A DNA stretch of 64,000 nt from positions 64,001 to 128,000 of the IMG/VR virus record IMGVR_UViG_3300027906_000002. One strand, given 5' to 3'. Both the position numbers and the translations under genes were made by a program. The DNA is from a virus. A model generated the notes under the pieces. That model saw only the letters and a list, made by a program, of their open reading frames with translations, did no database searches and had not been told where the DNA came from. Every line of letters starts with the position of its first letter. The stretch's first letter is position 1. This document shows positions 48,401-59,300 of the stretch, piece after piece.

Positions 48401-51400
48401 TTTAGAAGCTGGTCAAAGAACTAATTATTATGATGCTTCTAGACTTACTAGATTACCATCTACTATTGCACCATCAAGAAGACTATTAATTATATTTGAT
48501 TACCTATCACACGAATCTTCAGGTGATTACTTCTCTAATGAATCTTATACTGGTATAAGTTATAAAGAGATTCCTAATTATAAACTTGATGGTTCTATTA
48601 AGTATATTAGAGATCAAATTGACTTCCGTCCAGGCGTAAAAGAATTGCGTAATGGTCAAGGTACTATGGGTTCTCCATATTATGTTAACTGTACTACTTT
48701 TGACTTTGTATCTAGAGTATTCTCTACAGTCAGTGGATCTGGTGCAGCGACTGTCTTTGATATCATGCAGATCAATTCATCATTCAGAGCAGACTATACA
48801 TGGTATCTACCAAGAATTGATTACCTCTATCTTTCACATGATAGTAAATTAAGAGTACAAAAAGGTGTCTCTGGTAAGTTCCTTATTCCACCAGAAAGAG
48901 TTGAGAACTCTATGCTGTTGGCTACTATAGAATATAAGCCATACGTCTTTGATCCAGAAAGAGATTGTCTTATAACTGCAGAAGTTATTCGTCGTTATAC
49001 GATGAAAGATATTGGTGATTTGGAGAATCGTTTAACTAACGTTGAATACTATACATCATTATCAATGCTTGAATCTCAGGCAGATAATACTAAGACATAT
49101 GATGAGAATGGATTTGATAGATTAAAGAATGGATATGTTGTTGATGACTTTACCGATCATACTATTGGGGATGTTTTAAATGCAGATTATAAGTGTTCTC
49201 TAGACTTTAGAGAAGGTCAATTACGACCTCAGCATTACACAACTAACGTTGGGCTTGTATTTAACGAATCAGATTCAACTGATGTAGTTAAGACTGAAGG
49301 TAATGTACTCATGTTACCTTTTGAAGATGAGGCTATTATTACACAGCCATATGCTTCAAGAACTGAGAACATCAACCCATTCAACGTATTCACATTCATT
49401 GGACGTATTGATCTTACTCCAGCATCTGATGACTGGGTTGATATTGAGCGTCTTCCTGCTCGTGTTGAAAACATCGAAGGAGACTTCTCATCCGTATCTA
49501 AGGATATGCAGGTTGATCAAAATGGTTTTGCTCCTATTCAGTGGGGATCTTGGCAGACTAACTGGACTGGTGAAACATTACAATCTTCATCACAACAAAG
49601 AGGTACGTCTGGTACATATGGTATTGGTCGTCAGTTAGGTCGTGCAGGTCACGGTCAGCGTCGTCAAGGTCTATTCTATCTACATGAGCGTCGTACTTAT
49701 CGTGTTGTTAATAATCAGGCACGTCAAGGTGTTCGTTCTAGGGTTGTTCCTAAGATTGAGAGAAGATCATTAGGTGATACAGTTCTTTCTAGAAGTACTA
49801 TTCCTTGGATTAGATCTCGTAATATAGGATTCAACGTTGATCGTATGAAGCCACGTACAAGATTCTATGCATTCTTTGATGGTGTTAACGTTACAAATAA
49901 TCTTACACCTAAAGTAATTGAGATAATTAAAAACTCTACAACTGATGCTCGTACTAATGAGACTCCATTTGTTGTTGGTGAAACAGTTATAGGAGAAACC
50001 TCAAGACTGCAAATAAAGGTTGCTGCACCTGATGATGGATATAAAACTAACCCTTATGGTAAGGGTACTGAAGTTCTTCCAACATCATACTCATCACAAA
50101 CAATATATTTAAATCATGATATAACTGCTATATCAGAAACTGTATCTCCAGATTACTTTGGTAATATGCAGGTTGGTGAGGTTCTAGTTGGACAAACTTC
50201 TGGTGCTAGAGCAGTTGTTAGAGATCGTCGTTTGTTAACAGATAACGTTGGTAACATCCAAGGATGTTTCTTCATACCTTCTCCTAAGAATGATGCTAAC
50301 CCTCGTTGGGCTACAGGTACTAGATCCTTTAGATTTACAACTTCTGAAGAGAATAGTAAGGCATTAGGAGCAGTTGATTCATCTGCAGATACCACATACT
50401 CAGCATCTGGTACTTTACAAACTGTTCAGGAAAATGTCTTGGCAGTTAGAAACGCAGAGATTGTTAGAGATACAGTTAGTGAAGATAGAGTTGTTAGTAC
50501 TACTAGAACAGAATCTAGACAGATTGGTTGGTATGACCCTCTTGCTCAATCATTTATTGTTGAGGAAGAAGGTGGTGTATTCCTTTCAAGTGTTGATCTA
50601 TTCTTCAATACTAAGGATACTAACATTCCAGTTTCTATGCAAATTAGAACAATGGAAAATGGTTATCCAACAAAGACTATTCTACCATTCTCTGACATAA
50701 CAGTTACACCAGATAATATTGAAATATCTGAAACTGCATCTGTTAAGACTAACTTCAAGTTTAAAGCACCTGTATATATTAAGTCATCTACGGAATATTG
50801 TTTCGTTCTTCTTTCAGACTCTAATGAATATAAGATCTGGATTTCTAGAATGGGTGATGTTGATGTAACAGGAACTAGAACTATATCAGAACAGCCTTAT
50901 GCTGGTGTCTTATTTAAGTCACAGAACGCATCTACATGGACTGCTGATCAGTATGAAGACCTTAAGTTTACAATATATCGTGCTAACTTTACAAAGGATC
51001 AAGGTACTGTAGTTCTTAATAACACACCACAAGGTAAGGGTAACGGTGGTGTTCATAGATTAATTAACAACCCAATTCAAACTATTAAACCTAAACAGGT
51101 ATTATCATTAGACCCACAAACAACTCAGTATTCATTTACTGATGGTGCTAGGGTAACTCAAACAGGAACTAATGCACAGGCAACTGTTGTTTCATCTACA
51201 ACGTCTGGATCTGTTGCAGATACTGTTACAGTAACAGATATAACTGGTAACTGGTTAGATGGTTCCACATACATATTAACTTCATATCAAGCAGAAGCAA
51301 CGATAACTGTTGGTTCTGGAACAGGTTCCCTAAGTGTTGGTGAAACTGTAACTGGTGGTTCGTCAGGTATTACTGGACTTGTTAAGAGTTATGTTGGTGC

Positions 51401-52820
51401 TACTCTAATTCTTACCAATGTAACTGGTAGCTTTACTGCCTCAGAAACTATTAGTGAGTCTGGTGGATTCACTGGTAGTGTAAGTAATGTAACTTACTCT
51501 GGAGATGCTCGTGGTGCTTATCTAGCAAGTGTTCCTACATTCGCAGCAGATGATAAAGAGGTATTGATATACCATAGAAACCATTGTATGCACAACAGAA
51601 CAAATAATGTTACTGTTGAAGGTGCTGTATCAGAGATTGCTAATACAACATTAACAAGTGCGTTATCAATAGGAACTACTACCATTAACGTTGAAGATGG
51701 AACTAATTTCCATACTGTTGTTAATGGTGCAGCAATTAGTGCTAGTAATCCTGGATATCTTAAGATCGGTGATGAGATTGTTCAGTACGCTGCAGTTGCA
51801 TCTGATGGTAAATCTATTACAGTAGCTACTGGTGGTAGAGGTGCTAATAGTACTACTGAAGTTGCACACTCTTCAGGTGATATCGTAGAGTGTTATAACC
51901 TAGATGGTATTCCACTTATTGATATTAATAAGACCCATACAAGTATATCTTGTCCTTGGTTAGATACTTATATGCTTCACATAACTGGTGTAGCAACAAA
52001 TGGTATACGTGGTGGTGGTGATCTAATTTGGGCTAGTCAGAATACACAATTTGAAACTATGACACCAAATGTTTCAGTAATGGATTTACCAGAAACTGAC
52101 ATTACTACTACTGTGAATACCACAAGTGCAACTTCTATTGGTAATGGAAGTACTAGTGTTGATCAAGCTTCATTTGTTAATGATGGAACATATGTTCCTA
52201 TCACTCTTAATAATATGAACTTCTTTGATAACCCAAGAATGATTTGTTCTGAAGTTAATGAACTTGCTAAGTTGAGTGGTACTAAGTCACTGACAATGAG
52301 GATTCAATTATCCACAGAGAAGGCTTCATTATCTCCTGTTGTTGACCTTGACAGATGTTCAATGATTACTACAATGAACAGAATCAATAAGTGGCCAGGT
52401 GGTCCTGAAGCATATGGTCAGCAAAACAATATAGATACATCACAGGATGTTTCCGTATTACCATTCGGTGATCAGAATGACGCTGTTTATATAACTCGTC
52501 TTGCAAGATTAGCAAGAGAATCGAGATCTATAAGAGTTGATTTCCAAATGTCACGTCCTCCACAATCTGAAATTAGAGTATACTATAGAGTATTCATGAC
52601 AGGAAGTGGTGATGATGTTGATTCAGTTGGTTGGACTTTAATGCCACCACCACTACAATATGATGATGCACCATCAGAAGAAATTCTGTGGAAGGATTAT
52701 TACTATGAAACTAGCGGATTGAACTTCAATGCATTCCAACTTAAGATTGTAATGAGATCTTCAAATCAAGCTAAAGTACCTTTAATCGCAGACTTACGTG
52801 CTATTTGCCTTGCAACATAA
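45468..52820 (+). CDS. VrlC/DUF4815-like large virion structural protein (2450 aa)
   Basis: LNVTPYYDDFDKDKNFYRVLFRPG, LKNGYVVDDFTDH, YDPLAQSF, EDLKFTIYRA motifs. Confidence 0.85.
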   Translation: MAQNTNLNVTPYYDDFDKDKNFYRVLFRPGFPIQARALTTMQSILQNQIESMGTATFKEGAMVIPGQVGYDLNVQAILIQESFLGSEVETYREQLDGTIIEGLTTGVRAKVLYSISATESEKGYITLYVKYIDSGDTTSSTSSKTFQINEQLIADKEITFGSTLIEIGTPFAQLLPVNATEVGSAAYISEGVYYIRGHFINVPTAYLLLDQYGNNPSYRVGLEVLESIITPEDDESLNDNAAGTSNYSAPGGHRFRIKTQFVKRLISDDADKDFIELLRINKSRVENFVNRTAYSELERSMARRTYEESGDYVIDTFDVKVREHLNDGFNNGVYALNDTSADGNLANEGKLAIEVSPGKAYVKGYRTEFISPQYVDVDKPRDFDMSNNSIVNFNLGNFVKVYDVFGWPEISGDGVTDGYQTIDLYDTWTLNATNDEPSGGNKIGRCRCIQLQAASTAASNSSQSGTAASAGVYDMWFFDAQMFTAVNINNAVHSAVASTPGIAAGRRIVGKTSGATGYVADTGNQTHYIQLEHVSGKFTIGEILEHDGLNVGTLEAAHTYQLTDTRSSFGYTGGGAVRFGCNWVLNDVWPIECTTVAVDQGSNQEITGFRTRFENDLRPGDVITTTVSDFEGKNTLRIERVDQTAIGVTTSNKKATVADADVIFDYAAQVAELEVASSMNAGAITDGDYSDVVRLRPFVFQKDYQNGELSFDLPEDTMRSITDESFFVYRNFASKTVTTGSITFTVPENEAFGAMSSENFTLTVVANGGSGTWSNGQNIDLDAEVTGGNLTATYGANNQSISIGGLGSVSSVTLTALVSKNTVTKKLKTASKMQALKVFKTDQKLDTQPTGLEYSSLYGTRCQDEAISFGINDVYNIHAIYESYDNNDASSPFVILTESVFFSAGTLIEGKTSGARGRVISFENSALKLYFVALNEKPFIIGETINGFDAAGGALAGIVDDGAGSIFLGSKVITDQYTLEAGQRTNYYDASRLTRLPSTIAPSRRLLIIFDYLSHESSGDYFSNESYTGISYKEIPNYKLDGSIKYIRDQIDFRPGVKELRNGQGTMGSPYYVNCTTFDFVSRVFSTVSGSGAATVFDIMQINSSFRADYTWYLPRIDYLYLSHDSKLRVQKGVSGKFLIPPERVENSMLLATIEYKPYVFDPERDCLITAEVIRRYTMKDIGDLENRLTNVEYYTSLSMLESQADNTKTYDENGFDRLKNGYVVDDFTDHTIGDVLNADYKCSLDFREGQLRPQHYTTNVGLVFNESDSTDVVKTEGNVLMLPFEDEAIITQPYASRTENINPFNVFTFIGRIDLTPASDDWVDIERLPARVENIEGDFSSVSKDMQVDQNGFAPIQWGSWQTNWTGETLQSSSQQRGTSGTYGIGRQLGRAGHGQRRQGLFYLHERRTYRVVNNQARQGVRSRVVPKIERRSLGDTVLSRSTIPWIRSRNIGFNVDRMKPRTRFYAFFDGVNVTNNLTPKVIEIIKNSTTDARTNETPFVVGETVIGETSRLQIKVAAPDDGYKTNPYGKGTEVLPTSYSSQTIYLNHDITAISETVSPDYFGNMQVGEVLVGQTSGARAVVRDRRLLTDNVGNIQGCFFIPSPKNDANPRWATGTRSFRFTTSEENSKALGAVDSSADTTYSASGTLQTVQENVLAVRNAEIVRDTVSEDRVVSTTRTESRQIGWYDPLAQSFIVEEEGGVFLSSVDLFFNTKDTNIPVSMQIRTMENGYPTKTILPFSDITVTPDNIEISETASVKTNFKFKAPVYIKSSTEYCFVLLSDSNEYKIWISRMGDVDVTGTRTISEQPYAGVLFKSQNASTWTADQYEDLKFTIYRANFTKDQGTVVLNNTPQGKGNGGVHRLINNPIQTIKPKQVLSLDPQTTQYSFTDGARVTQTGTNAQATVVSSTTSGSVADTVTVTDITGNWLDGSTYILTSYQAEATITVGSGTGSLSVGETVTGGSSGITGLVKSYVGATLILTNVTGSFTASETISESGGFTGSVSNVTYSGDARGAYLASVPTFAADDKEVLIYHRNHCMHNRTNNVTVEGAVSEIANTTLTSALSIGTTTINVEDGTNFHTVVNGAAISASNPGYLKIGDEIVQYAAVASDGKSITVATGGRGANSTTEVAHSSGDIVECYNLDGIPLIDINKTHTSISCPWLDTYMLHITGVATNGIRGGGDLIWASQNTQFETMTPNVSVMDLPETDITTTVNTTSATSIGNGSTSVDQASFVNDGTYVPITLNNMNFFDNPRMICSEVNELAKLSGTKSLTMRIQLSTEKASLSPVVDLDRCSMITTMNRINKWPGGPEAYGQQNNIDTSQDVSVLPFGDQNDAVYITRLARLARESRSIRVDFQMSRPPQSEIRVYYRVFMTGSGDDVDSVGWTLMPPPLQYDDAPSEEILWKDYYYETSGLNFNAFQLKIVMRSSNQAKVPLIADLRAICLAT

Positions 52821-53059
52821 TGAATCCAGACGACTTAATACCTGTTGATGGGAAAGAGGGTTGGTATCGGGATCCGAATACCAACGCTATAATCAATGCC
52901 AATCAATCAGAATATGATAAATACATGGCGACTTACAATAAGCGTCAGAAAGAAATTTCGGAAAAGAAGGCTTTACAAAATGATGTTTCTGAGTTAAAAT
53001 CAGAGATAAGTGAGATAAAGTCACTCTTGAAAACGTTAGCTAACAAAACCGTATCATGA
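52820..53059 (+). CDS. Small coiled-coil hypothetical protein
   Basis: TAATG overlap gives a start at 52820 (79 aa); YRDPNTNAIIN followed by heptad LQNDVSELKSEISEIKSLL. Confidence 0.8.
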   Translation: MNPDDLIPVDGKEGWYRDPNTNAIINANQSEYDKYMATYNKRQKEISEKKALQNDVSELKSEISEIKSLLKTLANKTVS

Positions 53060-53292
53060 CAGACCCAGTAGAAAAGGTATCGCAAGAAACGATGCTTGCT
53101 CAATTTAAAGAGCGTTTGCAAAATTTGGTGAATGAAAACCAAGAAGCAGCAAAGAAGATTAAAGATAATGAAGTAGTTGCTTTGAAACTACAAGGTGCTA
53201 TTGAGGCACTGGAATATTATCAAGAAAATCCACCAACACCCGAAGTGGATAACGTAGATATACCTGGTGATGATATCACCGACCAAGAATAA
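53056..53292 (+). CDS. Small coiled-coil hypothetical protein
   Basis: ATGA overlap; 78 aa; followed by a terminator. Confidence 0.8.
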   Translation: MTDPVEKVSQETMLAQFKERLQNLVNENQEAAKKIKDNEVVALKLQGAIEALEYYQENPPTPEVDNVDIPGDDITDQE

Positions 53293-53294
53293 TT

Positions 53295-53320
53295 AAAGGG
53301 GGATTAAGTTCCCCCTTTTT
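53295..53320 (+). terminator. Rho-independent terminator
   Basis: AAAGGGGGA-ttaagt-TCCCCCTTTTT hairpin with U-tract immediately after the stop. Confidence 0.88.
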
Positions 53321-53326
53321 AATGAC

Positions 53327-53333
53327 ATAAATA
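53327..53333 (+). promoter_or_regulatory. T4-like late promoter
   Basis: ATAAATA between the terminator and ATG 53370. Confidence 0.75.
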
Positions 53334-53369
53334 ACTTGGAAGCATGTTTTATAGAGTTGTTCCAATAAA

Positions 53370-56300
53370 ATGGCAAATAGAATACAGTTAAGACGAGGTG
53401 GTGCTCAGGAATGGGCAAACTCAAACCCTACATTGGCACAAGGTGAATTAGGGATAGAATTAGACACTGGTCGATTTAAAATTGGAGATGGCGTTACAGC
53501 GTGGAACTCTTTGAGGTACGAGAGACCCGTTGAATCAACATCTAATACCGCAAATACTTTAGTACAAAGAGACGCAGACGGTAATTTCGCTGCAGGTACT
53601 ATAACATCAACTCTAATTGGTAATGCTTCAACTTCAACAAGACTTGCTTCAACTCGTCAGATTCAACTCTCCGACGACATTCAAGCTTCTGGTGTATTTG
53701 ATGGTTCTACAAACTTAAACTTATCAACATCTTTAGAGCTGATTTCAACCTTACCACATTATGATGGTACTGGTACTGCAGAAGGAACGTATACTAAAGT
53801 TACTGTAGATGCTAAAGGAAGAATTAAAACAGCAACCAATCCAACTACTCTTGCCGCATATGGTTTAGATACAAGTATAGAAGGGTCTGGTGCTCAACCA
53901 TATGATAATGATCTTAATGCGATAGCAAGTCTTACTACAACTGGATTTATTTCTAGAACTAGTTCTGGTGCTACGAGTACTAGAACAATTACTGGTACTG
54001 CTACAAGGATAGCTATTACTGAAGGTGCTGGTATTAATGATAACCCATCAATTGATCTTATCACGACTGCTGTTACTGCTGCTGAATATAATGCAGCATC
54101 ACTAACATCAATTGCAGGTTCAGAAACTGTTAACACTAATAACTATATTGTTGATTCTTATGGTAGATTAACATCATCTGTAACTCTACCAATTGCAACG
54201 GCAACTCAGGGAACTACTGCAGCTGCATATAATAATGGATCAACATATTCTAGAAATGATCAGATAACAAATGCATCTAATCTCTATCAAGCTATTGCAG
54301 ATGTAACTGCTGGAGCTGGAGCACCTACACATACAGATGCTACTGATGCTGGATCATGGAGATGGTTAGGTGCTAGTGCATCACCTCAGAAAGGACTTGC
54401 TTCATTTGACCAAGAAGATTTTGATGTATCTGCAGCAGGTCATGTTACATTCGCTGCTGGTGCTATTGATAATGATCAATTACAAAATAGTAGAATTTCC
54501 TTTGCTGACGGTAACTCTAAAGAGGACTTCGACCTAGATCAAGAACTAACTGCTACTACAGGATACCGTGGATTCAACTATCTCAACTATCTCAAGGTTA
54601 ATGATACAAGTGGTAATCTACTGTTTGGGGCAAATAATACGGGTGATGGTGGTGCTGGAGAAGTTGATATTAACGCAAGACTTTATTTTAGTGATGCAGA
54701 CATTACCCTCGATGGGGCGGTTGCACAAACTTTAGACAAGACTGGAGATGGTAATCTAACATTCCAGACTACACAGAACTCAACATCTGCTAGATCTTTA
54801 AGTATACTTGCAACTAACTCTGGTTCTGGTACAAGTACAGTAACTATTTCTGCAGAAGATGTAGTTGATATAGATGCATCAGATGCTGCTGGTAAAGTTC
54901 ATGTAGAGAACTTAAGGTTCCAAGGTAACTACATGGGTGGTACTGGTGATATTTTAATTGACCCTAATGATGATAGGGATATCACTGGATTGGTAACTAT
55001 ACGAGGTAATTTACAAGTAGATGGAACAACGACAACCGTTAATTCAACAGTTACAACGTTGGATGATCCTATTATTACTCTTGGTGGCGATAGTGCTCCA
55101 GGTAGTGATGACAATAAGGATCGTGGAGTTGAGTTCCGTTACTATGACAGCTCAGCAAAAGTTGGATTCTTTGGCTACGATGATTCGTATTCAGATCTTG
55201 CAGGACATTCAGGGGGATTTAGATTCCTCTACGATGCCACAAATACCTCAGAAGTATTTGCTGGAACAGATGCAGGGGTCATCGGTGGAAACTTAAAACT
55301 TACAACTGGTACAGCATCTACTACTAATACTACTGGTGACTTAGTGGTCGCAGGTGGTGCTGGAATCGGTGGTAGTGTCAATATTGGTGGTTCAGTAGAT
55401 ATTGATACTAATCTCACTGTTCATGGTACAACTCTCCATGATGACAATATTGTTATCCAAGGTGCTTCTAAGGTTCTACAACTTAATAATGGTAGTGGAA
55501 CTACTAGAGTAGAACTACAATCAACAACTGGTAATGCATCATTCTATGGTGTTGTTGATATAACTAACAACCTTAATATTAATGCAACCAAGTTTAATGT
55601 TGTAGCAGCATCTGGTAATACTGCTATTGCTGGTACTCTAACAGTATCTGATGAAACTATAGTTAAAGCAGACAATAAGACCTTCAAAGTTCAGACTGCT
55701 GCTGGAGTAGATAAGTTTGTTGTTGATACCGATAATGGTGATACTAATACTGAAGGTAAATTAAATGTTGCTGACCTAGTTCATTTTGAATCAACAGACA
55801 ATCCTAATATTGTATCTGGTGCTCCACATACAATTGGGTCTGCTGACTACGGTGCATTAAGAGTAGATGGTGGTGGATACTTTGATAAGGACGTTCTGTT
55901 TAATGGTGACTTATATCTAAACGGTGACTTTAACCAGCAAGAAGACGCAACTGAGAACTATGGTTTAAGGAACTACCTATCTGTAAGATACAAACTCCGT
56001 ACTGGTTCTGTTGCTGCATACACACCAAGTTATTCAAACCACAACACTTCTAACTTAAGAGTCTTTGGTGGTGCTGGTGTTAACACTTCATTACATGTTG
56101 GTGGTACTGGTTCTGGAGAAGGTTTCTTTGTAGGTAAGAAGAACTCTGGAGATTCAGTTAAGTTCCAAGTTCTAGGTGCTTCAGGAGATATCACATCTGA
56201 AGGTGATCTAGTACAAAATGGTAATTCGGAATTTAATGGTACTGTTGATGTTGATGCAGACTTTGCTGTTCGTTCTGGTACAACAGATAAATTCTTTGTT

Positions 56301-59300
56301 GATAATGCTACTGGTGATACGAATATAGAAGGTACATTAACTGCTGATGGACATGTAGAATTTAATACAACACTTAATGTTGATGGTGCTACTACATTAC
56401 AAGATAACGTAACTATCAATGCTGACAATAAGGCGTTTAAGATACAGAACAATAGTAATGTAGATAAGTTTGTTGTTGATACAGATAATGGTAATACAGA
56501 AACACAAGGTACATTAACTGTACAAGGTCAAACAAATATTATTGATTCACTTGTAATTAATGCTGCTAACGAAAGTTTTGATGTTCAAAATGGATCTGCT
56601 GTATCTAAGTTCTCAATTGATACTGATAATGGTAACACAAATATCATTGGTACATTAACCGTTGGTGATGCTACACAGATTAATGATACATTCCAAACAT
56701 CTGGTGTTAATACATTTACTGCTAACACGCAACAAACATTAACAGGATCATACGCTGCTGATGGTGCTATTAGATTAACTGGTGGTGCTGCTATTGGTAA
56801 GAATCTTGCGATTGGTGAAGGTTTAAGAGTATATGGTAATACAGAACTTAGTAGTGCATTAGATCTTAATGCTAGTGCTGATGTTTCAGGTAATTTTGTA
56901 ATTAGTAATACTGATGAAGCAACATCTCTTGCAGATAATTCAGTTGCTCTTCAAGTTTCTGGTGGTGCAACGATTGATAAGAACACCTATATTGGTGGAA
57001 ACTTTGTAGTTTATGATGGGACTAATACACGTTCAGCATTCACTGTAACTAATAGTTCAGGTGATGGTGAATTCCATAATGACCTTACAGTTGGAGGTAA
57101 CTTAATAGTTAATGGATCAACAACTACTGTCAATAGTACGGTCACAACTCTCGATGACCCTATTATTACTCTGGGTGGTGACACAGCACCATCGTCTAAC
57201 GATGCTAAGGATAGGGGTGTTGAGTTCCGTTACTACGACGGCTCTGCTAAAATTGGGTTCTTCGGATACGACAGATCAGCAAACCAATTCGCATTCCTAA
57301 CAACTGTTACTAATACTGCTGAAGTAATGGCAGGAACAGATGGTGCTCTAAGAATTGGATCACTTAATGTAACTGGTGCTGGTACATCAGTTGATATTGA
57401 CAACAACTTAAATGTTGATGGCACTGCAACAGTAGATGGTCAGATTATATCTAATCTTACTACTGGTACTGCTCCATTCTCTATTGCTTCTACTACTAAG
57501 GTTAACAACTTAAACGTTGATTACCTTGATAACATGACAACTGCAAGTGCTAATACAGCATCTACTGTTGTTAATCGTGATGGATCTGGAGACTTTGCTG
57601 CTAATCAAATCACTGCTGCGAGTGCTGCAGGTGCAGGTGCAGGTTTCTTAGGTAATGCATCTTCTGCTGATATATGGAAGACTGCTAGAGTATTAACAAT
57701 TGATGGTGTTGTAAATGGTAATGTATCCATTGATGGTAGTGCTGCTGTTACTCTTACAACTACTTACGATGATGCTGATATAACTGCACTTGCTGCACAG
57801 TCTGGTACTGGGTACATGGTCAGGACTGCTGCAAACACTTATGCTCATAGAACATTTGGTGTAACAGCATCTTCTGGTATTACACTTACCAATGCTGATG
57901 GTATATCAGGTAACACAACAATTAACGTTGCTTCTGCATCATCCAACGCTGCAAATAACTTAGTCATACGTGACGCATCTGGTGACTTTGCTGCTAATGA
58001 GATTACTTCAGATTTAGTTGGTAACCTTACAGGTGCTACTTCTACTACTAAGGATCTTAATCCTGCTGCTGATAGCACATACGATCTTGGAACTAATACA
58101 GTTAGATGGCAAGGAATCTTTGCAGATGCTGCAAACATAACTGCTATTACTGGTGCGTTAACTGGTAACGTAACTGGTCAAGTTTCAGATATTTCTAATC
58201 ATAATACTGGTGCTTTAACAGAAGGATCTAATCTTTACTACACTAATGAGCGTGTAGATGATAGAGTCAATGCTCTTATAGTTGCTGGTACAGGTATAAC
58301 TAAGGTTTATGATGATGCTGCTGGAACGTATACTCTTACAGTTACACAGGCAGATGTTAATACCGATAATGTAACAGAAGGTTCTACTAACCTCTTTACT
58401 ACTGCTGCAAGAACCAGAACACACTTCACATATGGTACTGGTATCACACATGATGGTTCAGGTGCTCTTTCTGTAACACAGGCAGACATTAACACAGATA
58501 ATGTAACTGAAGGTTCAACCAATCTCTTTACAACTGCTGCTAGAACTAGAACTCACTTCACATATGGTACAGGTATTAAACTTGCTACTGCTGACATAGC
58601 AATAGACTTTACTGAGTTTAATACTGATAGCATAACTGAAGGATCATCTAATCTTTATTACACTGATGCTAGGGCAGACGCACGTATTGCTGCTGCTGAT
58701 ACTGGAGATCTTACTGAGGGTAGTAACCTTTACTACACAGACGCTAGAGCAGATGCACGTATTGCTGCTGCTGATACTGATGATTTATCTGAAGGTTCAA
58801 CAAATCTTTATTATACAGACGCAAGAGCAAATGTAAGAGTTGCAGCTGCTACTGGAGCAAACTTAGATCTATCAAGTAAATCTACAACTAACCTTTCTGA
58901 AGGAACTAATCAATATTATACAGAAGCAAGAGTACAAGCAAAACTTGATAATGCATTTGAGCAATTGAGTGCAATGCTTAATAACCTTGCAACTTCAACT
59001 ACATTGGTACTAAATCTATCTGGAGATCCTACTCCTGGATCTGTTGTAACACTTGGATCAATTGTTACTAATGGTGTTGGTGGATTTACTAATGCAACTG
59101 GAGTTGCTACGAGTGGAGGTACTGGTTCTGGGTTAACTGTTGATACTACTACAGTAGGTGGAGTGGTTAGTGCAATCGCTCTGAATGCTGCTGGTTCTGG
59201 ATATGAAGTTGGTGATACTTTAACACTTACTAACCCCAACCTTGGTGGTGTTTCTACACTTAACCTTGGTACTTTGGTAGGTGGTACTGGATACGTCACA

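Noticed and set aside
58200-58935. CRISPR-like regularly spaced repeats
   Set aside because: Repeats are in-frame protein repeats with degenerate DNA and variable spacing; no cas genes.
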